A DNA stretch of 64,000 nucleotides from Antedon mediterranea (GCF_964355755.1 NC_092673.1:9734001-9798000), one strand, 5' to 3'; positions 42,701 to 53,619 are shown, counted from the stretch's first letter. Notes: a model not told the origin generated them from the sequence alone. Numbers and translations: made by a program.

Positions 42701-45700
42701 TTTGTTAATAACCGACAATGGCGGACAGTATGCATCTCACCAGTTTGCAAAGTTTGTTGAAGATTGGGGTATTAGACATATAACTTCAAGCCCGGAGTAT
42801 CCAAAATCCAATGGCCTTGCAGAAAATTCTGTCAAGCAAGCAAAAGCTCTTCTAGAAAAAACAAGTGGCAGACTTGTAAAAATGCCAGCATACCTTAAAG
42901 ACTATGAATGGTAACGCCATAAGGGTAGAATAATCCCTTGTTACCAGGATCGACCTTAGGATAGTCCACCCAAAGGTCAAAGTTCTGTTATTGCCTTCAA
43001 GAATGATTTTTGAAATTTGTTTTGTTGTTATCGTTGGCGGACAGTATTTTTCTGTAATTGTTTTTTAAAATATTATAATGACAATATCATATTAACAAAT
43101 GTTATAGGCCTTAAACCAATACACTATTGAAACTGTTAGCATATTGAACCAGTGTGATCTGCTATCAGTCACGCCCAAGTTAAATGCTATTGTTGATATA
43201 ATAATAAGGGCCTGTTTCTGCTGCAACTGCTCAAAATACGGTATAAAAATACGGTATTTTTTATACCGTATTTTTTAGTACCCCGTTTCTGCTAACAATA
43301 CTTCTTGGGTGGACGTGTTAAATTTCATCCTTTTTACCAAAATTGCCATTCATTTATTTGGTCGATAATTAAAAGTCGCAATAAAGGAAGTTTTACGTCT
43401 CACTTTCAACAGCCTAGCCTTAGTGATATAGAGATGTTGTGAGAGCACAAAAAACATCGTAATGGGGACAAGTAATTCGTTCCCTCCCTGAATTTTTGTC
43501 TTTTTCAATGTTGTACTCAAGATAGATTGTGAAAAGAGTTCTCAAACTGTCACCCATGGTTTTTTTACTTTAACAAATAAATTTCACTGTCAAGATTGAA
43601 CGTATAACCTGTAAATTATATTTAGTGCATTCATGGATACACTATGCAACCATGTTGTGTTGTTTTAATGTTATTAAAATTAAAATAATACCTAAATGTA
43701 GAATGGGTTGTTATCATAGTAATACTATATTATGACAATATGATATTTTTAGGTTATACTGGTGATAGCTGTCAAACTGATATAAATGAATGCGACACCC
43801 ATCCTTGTCACTATGGCGAATGCATTGATGGTGTTTACTCATACACATGTAACTGTGAGGACGGGTATGAAGGACCTGAATGTGACATCGAGGTGGATGA
43901 ATGTGACAGTAATCCTTGTATTAATGGTGGTCAATGTATAAATTTACTTAAGGAGTACAGATGTTCATGTTTAGATGGAACCACTGGTAAGCTAGTATTT
44001 CTTGCATGCTTAAAAATTATTAAATTATTTTGTTAGGATGTTGTAATAAAATAAACATTGAGACAATGCCTAGATGACAAATAATGCTAGATGTTTTGTA
44101 ATCCATCTTTATATTTTATATTAACACACCTTATATTACCATTTGATTTCGTATTGCATGCGTTATTTTCTCCTATTTTAACGATTGGAGGTACTATTGC
44201 ACGCTTTTTGTAAAAACAAAACATTGTGCAAATATATCCAGTTGGCGATGAATATTATGCAATTGGAATCCCACCTTTATAGTGTACCATTTATAACTGT
44301 TCTACTCCTTGGACCAAATTCCTAGCATTTATTATTATTATTATTATTACTTTGTTTACCCAGGGTAAGCCCAAACAGTTAAAAACTGATTTCCAATGGG
44401 GCCTTTCATTGAGTTAAAAACCATTTACATAATAGCGTTTTGCTGAATATACTTCCTATGAAGTTCTGATTTAAATAACCCTAAGGATGTATGGTTCTTA
44501 ATTCCTTTAATGTTTACATGTTTTACTTTTGATATACTTACAGGTGTAAATTGTGAAATTAACTTGGTTGAATGTGCTAGCAATCCCTGCTTGAATGGTG
44601 CTACATGCATAGACAATATCAATGGCTACATGTGTACATGCATTGCAGGATACTCAGGAATTCGTTGTGAAATGAACAATGATGAATGCTTCTCAAGTCC
44701 ATGTGTCAATGATGGTACATGCATTGACCAAATAAATGGCTACAAGTGTATTTGTGCTCGTGGGTTTACAGATCCAAGATGTAGCACTGAGGGCGATGAA
44801 TGTGAAAGTAATCCGTGCCGTAATGGTGGTACTTGTGTTGATAGCCTTGGACAATACTCATGCTTATGCGTCAGCGGATATGGCGGAACACAATGCGAGG
44901 TAGACATTGAGGAATGCTCTTCAAACCCATGCCAACATGGTGGAACTTGTACTAGTGATATTGCACTTGATCATTACTATTGTCGCTGCCCTGCTGGTTA
45001 TTCGGGGGTTAACTGTGAGATCAATGATGATGATTGCACACCGAATCCCTGTAATAATGGAGGAAATTGTATTGATAAAGTTGATGGTTTTGAGTGTGCT
45101 TGTATAGGACCATACTCTGGAGTGACATGCAGTATCGTGACTGATCCATGTACTGATAATAATTGTCGTAATGGAGCCATTTGTAATCCATATGAATCGC
45201 AACACGGTTACATCTGTTCTTGTAGGCCTGGGTTTACAGGTAAAGTAGACGATTAGAATTTTTATGATTAGATTAATTTTTTTTTGGAATAAGAAAAGTA
45301 AAAGGCTATTTGATAAACATTCACTCATTTTATTTCATGATACATAATTGTCAGTAAACAAATAATTTCTACTAGATGTAGAATGTAGGAAGCAAATAAA
45401 CTCGAGAGCTTTAAGCCTAGTTTCACCAGTTAAAATTACTAATAAAAGTCTCTAGGTAAATAATAATACTCTCAGGAGAACTTTATACTCTCAGGGGAAT
45501 TCTTTTTGAATATTTAAAGCATATGGGAAAGGGAAGTTTTTTAAAAACATTTTAAATTTCATGCAATTCAATTTGTTTGATACTGTATGTAAGTAAGTAA
45601 AGTAATCTGGTTAAATTCTTGTATTATTAGGTAATTACTGTGATAGAGACATAAATGAGTGTGTCAACTCACCTTGTCGTAATGGTGCATTCTGTAACAA

Positions 45701-48700
45701 TACCTATGGATCGTACCAATGTCTTTGTAGAGAAGGTTACACTGGAATTCATTGTACTGAAAATATTGATGATTGCTTTCCAGGTTAGTAAAAGATGGTT
45801 TTTATTTTCCTAACTTTTCCAAACCAAATTCATTGTTCTTTTTATTTTTTATAGAAATACTGCTTTATTTCTAAATTGTAATTCCCACATCTTTTCACCA
45901 AAGATCAAGCTCTCACCCCTTTTCACTAGTCTTAACTTTTTTTAAAATTACTTACAAATTTCAAAATTCCTGTTTATCATGCCTAGCACAAGTAAAGGAA
46001 GATGATTAATATTATATAGATATTATTAGATATATTATTAGATGATTGTAGAATGAGATGTTTATTGATCAGAAATCGCTAAACATAAAAAACACAGTGA
46101 CCATGATACCTGGCCGACTATGTAAAGAGCACAAAGCCAGCCAAGGACTGGCATGACATGGTGTAGAATCACTGATCCTAGGCCACAACGAAGTAACAAT
46201 AATAAACATGCATCATATAACTGGCTTATAAATTGTTTTATTTGTAAGAATGAACACTCAGAACATGTATACCGCACGTACAGAGAAGTTAAACTTGATT
46301 TATCTGAATAAGATAGGGTTAATATGATTTTTAAATCAACATCACATGGATGCTCCAAGAAAAACATAGCCCTATAGAATATAAACTGTGCAAGTGGGAG
46401 ATTAGATTGAATTTCTTACTTTAAAAATTTGGAGGTCTGAAATTATGCCCTCTCTAGTTTCAAAATAGAATTGTGTTCAACTGACACACAACTATTAATT
46501 ATTATTAATTTATTATACTATTTGTATTTCAACTGTAATTTTTATTTTTGTTATAACCATCAGATCCATGTACAAATGGTGGTACATGTATGGATGGTAC
46601 AGCTGATTACTCCTGTGAATGCATCAGTGGCTTTGTTGGCAAAAACTGCGAGGAAGAAAAGAATGAGTGTACAAGTAACCCGTGTGAAAATGGCGCTACA
46701 TGCAATGATTATGTCAACAGCTTCACATGTACATGTTTAGTTGGATTCAGTGGCGTTTATTGCCAAACTAATGATGACGACTGTACACCAAGGTAAAAAA
46801 CTGAAATTAAGGAGTTTTTGTATGATCATGTAAACATTAACGTAAATGCTAATTCCCAATATACAACACACAAGCTTTACCCACTTGCCAAACAAATCAA
46901 TACTTTATGATGTTTCATGAATTTTGATACCGTCACATGTAGGCCTGCAGTAGAAACAAAATAGTGTTTAGGGTTGGTAGGCCCAGTCAAGTAAACAAAA
47001 CGCAAGGTAACAAAATACTACACAAAATTAGCATGTAAGTCGCTCAATTTCAAAGTGACATGCTCTACTTCTGATGCATGTCTAAATGCAGGTTATGCCA
47101 TTTTAGAGAAATAGAAAAAATAAAGAAATATATAAATCAAAATCTGAAGATTGATATCAATTAACATAAACTAAATCCATTGAGAAAAATATATTTTAAA
47201 ACTTCGATGCCAAACACGGAGTGTTTGCTTGACTTGCGGAATGGGATGGATAGGTTAATCCAACAATTTTAGACACTATATCTGGAACATAACATGCAGC
47301 AGACTTAAAGACACATTCCCTACAATTTGTGACGTTTTGTAAAAATAATACATATATATTACTTTAAAAACATTAAACCAGGTCATTCCTTGTCTTAAAT
47401 GTACGTTTTGTGGTAAATTATAATAAAAAGTGAGAAACAATGCTCTGCCTAACTCCGTTAACACAAATTGGGGAAAAACCGGTATTTTCGCTGAGAAGTT
47501 AGGAGTTCCATTTGTTTTGGCCTCACGATCGATCGAAAAGTGGGTGAATTACAGAAAAAAAAAAAATTATTAATCCGCGCGCAATGCATTTTGGGATTTA
47601 TAGCGGGTCGCTATAATTATTAGATTCGACTTATTTTTCACATTTTTAACCATTTAAAGACAAAAAAAGTTATCGCAATAGGATCATATAGTAGTATTTT
47701 TACATTAAATATAGTTTGTGATCTTAAATTAGATAAAAAACGTAAGGAAGGTGTCTTTAAGCAATAAATTGTAGTTCTTTTAGTCTTTATTACATATCAA
47801 TCTGCTCACATAAACATTCCCAATCAGCTTAGTAAAACGTTGGCTGAAAATGCTGTCGGCGGCAGTTAATAGCGGTAAAATTTGCATAGACTGATTAAGA
47901 GGAGCCCTTTTTAAGAGACAAAAATATCCTATTTTGTGGATGATGATCCCCATACCTCCTGTTTTTCCTCCCTTCCCTTTCCCAACATCTTGGATCCAAC
48001 CCTGATTTGTATCTTTGCATAAGTGATTATTTTAACCTAAAAATATTACCTTACAGTGATAATATCAATAAGATAGGCCCATATCTTTAATGTGGCAGTA
48101 TAGTGCCAACAGATATCGTGGGAATAAGCTGACATGGTATTAGATTACATGTTTTTCAACTACAGCAGTTCATATAACATTTTAATTATAATTATATTAA
48201 GATTTTCTGTTTATTTAAATTAAACAATATTATTCATATTTTCAGCTCATGTTTATATGGTGGATCTTGTCATGATGGTGTCAATTCATATACTTGTGTG
48301 TGTCAGACTGGTTATGTTGGTCCAAACTGTCAAACATCAGTCAATGAATGCCTATCAGACCCATGTGAAAATGGTGGTACATGTATAGATGGCCTTAGTT
48401 CATACACTTGTAATTGTCAAAGTGGTTATTGGGGAGAGAGATGTCAGGTAAGAATTTTGCGTCGGTCCTGTTTTTGTTTTTTTTGTGATATTTTGAAATA
48501 ATTTATAAACAAAAAAAAAGTTTTTATTTAAATTACATATTCTCTAGCATTTAAACTGTCAAATCTATTGTATTTTTAAAAATTAGGCATTTTATTTGTA
48601 ATTTTGGTTGAGTTATTATAACATACATAATTGCCAATTGACTGGTTAATTAAGTATCATAATTAAGTATGTTGTTTGGCTCTAGCAAGCTTTCGATTCA

Positions 48701-51700
48701 ATGACGATACAGGAATTGATCTGCTCATGCCCTAACCACTCAATTCATTCTTGTCAAATTCGATGTCCCTGGTAAAATCACAAACGAAAAACTGTACAAC
48801 CAATCAGCTTTCTTATTACTGTAAATTGGCCAAGCTGCCACTGCAAGACACGAAAATGAAATATATATATATATATAAATAATGAATGTTAAAAGTGTGA
48901 TGGTATAAACAATTTTAAGAGGTGAAAGGATGAATATTTTATTTTATACTTTTAGTTTGTTCCCTTGTGATTGTTCTGTTACTTTTTTTTCAATATTTTT
49001 CTTTCTTTCTGCCAGGTTTTGTTTCAAACTTGTAGACATTGACCGTGTTCGTACGGCGATTGAAATACACGTTTATTTGGTTTTTACCCTTGGGGTAAAA
49101 CCCATACGACGTTCGTACGAATAAACAAAGTACCGGTAAGCTGACACGAAACCAATTAAGATCGGAATTCTTAGGTCAAAAAGCGCCCTCTGTGCGTCGA
49201 CCCATATCAATTGACATGGCGTGTTGACAAATTCAACTGGATATTGCATGTCGTTTCGCGCGCGAATCGTTCAATTATTATTTTTCAATCGACAACCAGA
49301 CCTATATATTTATAATACATCGAATACAATTTACTTTTTAAATAAATAATGATCGAAAATCCTGCTAACGTATGTTGTTTGTTGACCACGTGTGTTTATC
49401 GTGCGAGCCGAACTATTGTTGTGGAAATTCCATTTAATGTACAAGCACTGTACCCCTCTTGTAAAAATCACCACGTGTATTTATCGTGCGAGCCGAACTA
49501 TTGTTGTGGAAATTCCATTTAATGTACACGCACTGTACCCCTCTTGTAAAAATCACCACGTGTATTTATCGTGCGAGCCGAACTATTGTTGTGAAAATTC
49601 CATTTAATGTACACGCACTGTACCCCTCTTGTAAAAATCACCACGTGTATTCATCGTGCGAGCCGAACTATTGTTGTAAAAATTCCATTTAACACGCACT
49701 GTACCCCTCTTATCGTGCGAGCCGAACGGTTGATGTGGTAATTCACAGACACCAGGCTACCACAATACAGAACTCCCTGACGTTACATGTACATTATAAG
49801 CCACCGATTCGCAAGTTCAGGTCACCGGAAAAAAACCAACGAGTTGATTATTTATATATAATTTTACAAAACAATAGATATACATTCGCATTAACGAAAA
49901 AGAACATTTTAAACAATAATTGTTAAACAATCAGAAAGCTTATTTGAGGTCGCGATTTGACATGATCCCGTTAACGCTTGATTAATTATACCCCGAGGCA
50001 GCGTGTAATTGGAATGGGATTGAAATAACCAGTAAAGTTGGTGGATTTTTCGTCCAGATGGTTTTCTAATTTTTTATAGCCAAAGGCGTAAGTTAATTGC
50101 CACACGCGACCTCACAGTTGGAAGTACACGGTAGTTTCAGTCCCGTCCGAACGGGCCCATTGAATATCTTATAACTTGGTTAATATATAGACGTTGTATA
50201 TGTAATTTTTTTTATGACGTCAGAGTAACTCATGCGCATTTTTATGAAATTGTGAGATTGATCGTACCGTATATTTCAGGGTACAAGTCGCACCTGTGTA
50301 TAAAATGTACCCATAACAGAGACTGTAATATCAGTATTTCTTGTCACAGATGTATAAGACGCACTTATTTCTAAGCCGAAATTTAAACATTTTACAATCC
50401 AAACAATGATATTTCAGACATGTGTATTAGAATCAAGAAGATATAATTTTGTTTGATATCCATACCCCATTTTCTCCCAGATTTTAATAAGTTTGTTCTA
50501 AACGTACGCGCAGGTTGCATTTGCATTGATTTTTATCTTTATATTTATATTTTGTACAATTTTTTTTGGCATTAAAAATAGACTATAGTCAATCGTTGAA
50601 CTCATGAAATATTCCCACCATTCAACTTATAAACATTCAAATTTTTTTCAAACTAACTTAATTTTGTAAATATTTTTATAGGAGAGAGTAAACTGGTGTA
50701 GTCAAGACCATAATTTGTGCATGAATGGAGCTACATGTAAAAGTAACAATAATACTCTCTTTGACTGCATTTGTGCAGCAGGTTGGAGTGGACAAACATG
50801 TGACATGCCTACAATCTCATGTAATCTTGCTGCAAATAGAACAGGTAACTGAGTTATCACTGTCATGATCATTCATTACAAGCATTTTAGATATATATTT
50901 AGATAAATGTACATTAAATGATTAATTATTAAAAAGATTTCCTTTAATCGCAAAAATACATACAAATCAAATTTATGGAAAATATGTTTTTGTTACAATG
51001 GAAACGTTTAACAAAATAAAAATATGTTGGTTAATCGCAAAAATACACAAAATCTAACATAGCTATTTAATTATAAATCACATTATGCCCATTGTTTCAC
51101 CAGTTAATTGTATAATAAATACACAATTTTCAATCAATTTTCAACTTTTTGTTACCATATAAATATGTAATAAATAAAAATAGGTTGAATCGTAAAAAAT
51201 TATTTGCACGATCAATTTTCCTTTTCAAACTGTCAAAATTATATCATGTGTTCATTGAAGAATTGGATTCTGATAATTTTCTTTCATATTTTCTTCCATG
51301 ACTGTAAAGATGAAATACCTGTTGTGACCTTAACCTGTATAGGCATGCAACCACAGTCTGTGGGTCCAGCAGCTGGGACCTATAAATTATAGTCAAGTTT
51401 ACAAATTAGCAAAACTGTCGGCCTTAGATACTATAACTGCTGCTTGCTTTAGCTTCTTAATGAATATATCCTCATGGGACATAGCTGGCTAGAGCAGCAG
51501 CGTGAAAACTGGTAAAAGAATTTACAACATTAAAAGATATAAATTTATTTTAAATACAGAATTTGGCAAAATTCTACCTGTTAGACATTTTTTTTGGGAC
51601 TGAGATATTTTAACCTGCTTTTACCATATCTGGTCACTGTGTATATGGTGGATAATTTTAAATAATTATACATTTATACTTTTCTTTTATTACTATGAAA

Positions 51701-53619
51701 ATTAAATCTTCCAATTACTAAGTCAACAAGAAATATTTCTTATTAAAAATGCTGCTCGTTTGTTGATGTAACAGTTTAAAGATATATTGCCTCCCTAAAA
51801 ATTTTTGTTCAAATTTGCTTTTAAATGTTTCATTTTAATGTCACATAATAGTTATTCACTTTAACCCAAAAAATGGATCGAAAAAAATTTATTTAACTGA
51901 AAAAAATGTAATAAAAAGCAAAAAAGTAAAATGAGTTTTGGTTAAAATTAAACATTTCTGTTCTCTTTTTATAAGTGAAATAATTATTTTTTTGTACAGA
52001 AGTGAATAACTACTTATTACTACTAATTACCTACTTTTAAATTTTGATTTTATTAATCTTCATTTTTCATGTTTTTTTACATCTTAAATTATTGTTCTTC
52101 AAAAATAATGATTTATTATCAATTATTTTTTTAAATTAATAGTAAACATTTTGTGGAACGTAAATATATAGTATGGCCTACTATACAGAACAAAAATATA
52201 ATCATAAACTAAACTATAGTAGTGTACTGTGAGTAGAAGCTCATTAAGAAGCTTTATCATCGCAGTAGCTATAGTTCTAAGGCTGACAGTTTTGGGAATT
52301 TATAAACTCGACTATAATTTATAGGTCCCAGCTGCTGGACCAAAAAATTGTATGGGAAAAGAGAGTCTATAATGGCTGATGGTTGAACGATTTTGGATTC
52401 TTGCACTTTGATTGGTTGACGCGAATCAACAGACTGCAGAAGAATTTCTAACTTGTACTGCCATAAAGTCATGTTGTCTCTAGAGGGTATTCAGTTGCAT
52501 GCTTACAGGTTGAGGTCACACACACAGCACATTAAAGTTCAAAATTGACCATTTTTAAATGCCATTTTTTAATTAGTAGAATAATATTTGTTATAATACA
52601 TTGTTGGAAAGGTACACATGTCTTTTTTGAAATGCTGTTAAAAATTAACAGAAATATCAATTATTCAATGAAATACAACCAGATTACTAACACCCACAAA
52701 AAAGGACATCTTTTTAATAATTAATCATTTAATATATCTGAAGAAAGAACAATGATTAATTTTAAAATGTTGAGTGGTTTTTTTTGTAAGAAATATTTCT
52801 TGTTTATTTATTTAATTCAAATCACTCAAAGCAAATAATACCACCAAGGTGGGTATATCTAATATGTTAGTTTATCTTTATTGCTAAGGAAGTCTGGGGG
52901 TCAATTTATCAAGCCTAGATAATTGTTAACAAGTGATAAATGGCCAGTTGGATCCTATTGATCGACAGCCAACATAAAGTTTTGATTATTTGACAGTGAA
53001 TTATTATAATACCGGCCTAGGTTGACAGAAAGCATAAAGTTATTATTTATTTTAAAAGATTTTACAGATTACCGTCTACATGCATCTCGATAATACTGTA
53101 TTATCAGAAAATGTTTTCATAGACTCTTTTCTCCCAGATGTGCCTTGGGGTTTTGTAATTTGAGCATGACCCGTAGAACTATAGCTTCTGCTTGATGTAG
53201 CTTCTGAATGAGTAGTCCTCTGGTAATATAGCTGGCTAAAGCCGCGGTGCGATTATAATAGTCGATTCAAATCCTTTTAACACAAAATATACATTTTTCA
53301 GGAAAAAGTGCAAGTGAACTTTGTGAGAATGGGGGGCAATGTCTAGACGTTGGCACAAGCCATCAGTGTCACTGTGCTCCAGGATTCTCTGGGAGCTACT
53401 GCCAGACTGACAATGATGAGTGCTCATCATCCCCATGTCTCAATGGAGGCTTGTGTAAGGATGTTATTAACAGCTTTCTGTGTACATGCTTAAATGGATT
53501 TATGGGAACAAGATGTGAGACAAATATTAATGACTGTGCTGAAAATCCATGTATGAATGAAGGTACATGCCATGATTTAGTGGGTTCCTACAGATGTACA
53601 TGCAAAGCAGGCACTTCTG
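12674..53619 (+). CDS. Notch: Notch receptor, 5' part (16 coding exons; signal peptide + EGF repeats 1-31; gene continues beyond the window)
   Basis: Exons join in one frame with GT-AG ends and matching phases (3709 nt). The repeat order carries Notch-specific EGF signatures: EGF6 'FVPC..SPC', EGF10 'LCHLDDAC...CETDPLTG', EGF11 'NPCEHGG', EGF15 'PCHYG.C', EGF18 'FTDPRC', EGF26 'DCTPSSC', EGF28-29 'VNWC...[14 protein letters not shown]'. Confidence 0.95.
14750..15578. mobile_element. Right part of a Tc1/mariner-like non-autonomous element (same family as 20763-24447)
   Basis: Near-identical to 24085-24447; ends ttctttctgtactg|TA. Confidence 0.8.
15080..15517. mobile_element. MITE with 9-bp target duplication (Mutator-like)
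   Basis: Flanked by cctacgttc (15071-15079) and cctacattc (15518-15526); imperfect inverted ends gggacgattcgg/ccgaattgtccc; empty site at 24387-24395. Confidence 0.8.
16210..16717. mobile_element. Foldback MITE with 8-bp target duplication
   Basis: GGGTATTGCTAAAC...GTTTAGCAATACCC ends, AAATCGAC at 16202-16209 and 16718-16725; internal ~178-bp duplication; related copies at 19960-20348. Confidence 0.9.
17496..19600 (-). mobile_element. 5'-truncated LINE 3' end (Crack/L2 group), split by a DNA element
   Basis: ORF2 C-terminus [13 protein letters not shown]...HNYNLR...[21 protein letters not shown] (19242-19600), AT-rich 3' UTR, (TCTGAA)3 tail near 17496-17513. Confidence 0.82.
17559..18795. 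mobile_element. Non-autonomous DNA transposon with CAGGGCATCA ends (hAT- or P-like)
   Basis: CAGGGCATCA...TGATGCCCTG ends, subterminal ggagagc/gctctcc repeats, TAGAAA on both flanks. Confidence 0.78.
19847..19916 (+). CDS. Notch: Notch exon 2 (EGF1 first part, [24 protein letters not shown])
   Basis: catag| acceptor, CG|gtaagt donor, phase 1 to 2. Confidence 0.9.
19960..20348. mobile_element. Copies of the GGGTATTGCTAAAC foldback family in Notch intron 2
   Basis: Direct similarity to 16210-16717; ends gtttagcaataccc. Confidence 0.8.
20451..20719 (+). CDS. Notch: Notch exon 3 (end of EGF1, EGF2, EGF3)
   Basis: tcttacacag| acceptor, AG|gtatgt donor; ORF 20461..20739. Confidence 0.93.
21104..21928. 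mobile_element. pogo/Tigger-like MITE
   Basis: TA|CCGTATATTTCGGTGTACAAGTCGCAC and inverse GTGTGACTTATACACCGAAATATACG; partial copy near 50267. Confidence 0.78.
22093..22545. repeat. Tandem repeat, about 2.6 copies of a 170-180 bp unit
   Basis: tacgc(g)ataag...aagtccccgatgaaa recurs near 22095, 22264 and 22443. Confidence 0.85.
25756..26094 (+). CDS. Notch: Notch exon 4 (EGF4-6)
   Basis: aaaag| acceptor, AG|gtatgt donor; ORF 25758..26102. Confidence 0.93.
26313..26567. mobile_element. Small MITE
   Basis: ggacaaaattgtaggcaaagg / cctttgcctacaattttgtcc inverted arms. Confidence 0.7.
26853..27362. mobile_element. PIF/Harbinger-like MITE
   Basis: TTA|AGCCTTTTTCACTGTCGA...TCGACAGTAAAACAAGCT|TTA. 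Confidence 0.72.
28405..28527 (+). CDS. Notch: Notch exon 5 (EGF7, [40 protein letters not shown])
   Basis: ttttag| acceptor, AG|gtaatg donor; translated by hand, not in the ORF track. Confidence 0.92.
28965..29192 (+). CDS. Notch: Notch exon 6 (EGF8-9)
   Basis: ctcaaag| acceptor, TG|gtatga donor; ORF 28946..29221. Confidence 0.92.
29528..29683 (+). CDS. Notch: Notch exon 7 (EGF10, start of EGF11)
   Basis: tcttag| acceptor, AG|gttaga donor; [51 protein letters not shown]. Confidence 0.92.
29792..30039. mobile_element. Small MITE with 14-bp perfect inverted ends
   Basis: CTATGCTCACGCTA...TAGCGTGAGCATAG; flanks aaactag/agactag (possible 7-bp duplication, one mismatch). Confidence 0.72.
31591..33222 (-). 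mobile_element. Non-autonomous Helitron
   Basis: Minus strand begins TCCTATATAAAA and ends with a hairpin (accc-gctcca-gggt, 31602-31615) then CTAG; sits between A and T with no target duplication. Confidence 0.7.
31976..32904. mobile_element. Young MITE with ~39-bp perfect inverted ends, nested in the Helitron
   Basis: TA|ACGCCCGTATTCTTAAACCGGACTTTAGTCGTAGTTCGA...exact inverse|TA; subterminal cgactaaa repeats. Confidence 0.9.
33425..33610 (+). CDS. Notch: Notch exon 8 (EGF11-12, core ligand-binding region)
   Basis: tttgcag| acceptor, AG|gtaagt donor; ORF 33382..33699. Confidence 0.93.
37162..37389 (+). CDS. Notch: Notch exon 9 (EGF13-14)
   Basis: ttcttag| acceptor, TG|gtaagg donor; ORF 37146..37430. 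Confidence 0.93.
37485..38230 (-). mobile_element. Decayed RTE-clade LINE fragment
   Basis: Minus-strand remnants [26 protein letters not shown]; many stops and frameshifts. Confidence 0.7.
38342..40535 (+). mobile_element. Deleted Gypsy (Mag-like) LTR retrotransposon 1
   Basis: 5' LTR 38342-38531 (TG...CA), primer site TGGCGACGAGGAT at 38536-38548 (matches the tRNA-Ser(GCU) 3' end as I recall it), broken gag ([16 protein letters not shown]), protease (MEIDT), RT (RMPYGI, ILDDMII), purine tract near 40387-40395, truncated 3' LTR to about 40535. Confidence 0.92.
40750..42914 (+). mobile_element. Deleted Gypsy LTR retrotransposon 2 (RT-RNase H-integrase pseudogene)
   Basis: LTR end ...TTACA then TGGTGTCA primer site at 40914; short gag start fused to RT ([16 protein letters not shown]), RNase H (DAS.YGLG, YAQIEKE), integrase (H-H-C-C, VDSYS, TDNG, SNGLAE). 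No 3' LTR found. Confidence 0.92.
43753..43986 (+). CDS. Notch: Notch exon 10 (EGF15-16)
   Basis: tttttag| acceptor, TG|gtaagc donor; ORF 43740..44036. Confidence 0.93.
44544..45239 (+). CDS. Notch: Notch exon 11 (EGF17-22)
   Basis: cttacag| acceptor, AG|gtaaag donor; ORF 44510..45256. Confidence 0.94.
45631..45783 (+). CDS. Notch: Notch exon 12 (EGF23, start of EGF24)
   Basis: attattag| acceptor, AG|gttagt donor; [50 protein letters not shown]. Confidence 0.92.
46564..46792 (+). CDS. Notch: Notch exon 13 (EGF24-25, start of EGF26)
   Basis: catcag| acceptor, AG|gtaaaa donor (phase 2); ORF 46590..46796. Confidence 0.92.
47309..47756. mobile_element. TTAA-targeting MITE (Kolobok-like)
   Basis: TTAA|AGACACATTCCCTAC...GTAAGGAAGGTGTCT|TTAA. 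Confidence 0.8.
48246..48447 (+). CDS. Notch: Notch exon 14 (EGF26-27)
   Basis: tttcag| acceptor, CAG|gtaaga donor (phase 0); ORF 48298..48501. Confidence 0.92.
49386..49727. repeat. 85-bp minisatellite, about 4 copies
   Basis: Units start at 49386, 49471, 49556 and 49641, nearly identical. Confidence 0.93.
50682..50844 (+). CDS. Notch: Notch exon 15 (EGF28, start of EGF29)
   Basis: tttatag| acceptor, AG|gtaact donor; [54 protein letters not shown]. Confidence 0.92.
50890..52805. mobile_element. Cluster of HINE-like family 2 copies in both orientations plus a decayed TTAA MITE
   Basis: Similarity to 6968-7956 (direct 50890-51508, inverted 52240-52805) and to 10022-10351 (51780-52087). Confidence 0.75.
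53302..53619 (+). CDS. Notch: Notch exon 16 (EGF29-31)
   Basis: ttttcag| acceptor, TG|gtaagt donor; overlaps ORF 53451..53732. Confidence 0.93.

Noticed and set aside
38342-42914. One intact or domesticated retroelement gene
   Set aside because: Two distinct primer sites and LTRs, two RT regions, and many stops and frameshifts show two dead elements.
44907-45328. Alternative-frame and antisense ORFs over Notch exons (also 25924, 33404, 37294, 53236)
   Set aside because: Shadows of Cys/Gly-rich coding sequence with no independent splice or domain evidence.
12674-53619. Alternative identity as fibropellin, Crumbs, Delta or Jagged
   Set aside because: No CUB, laminin-G, MNNL or DSL domain; the repeat-specific motifs follow Notch order from EGF1 to EGF31.
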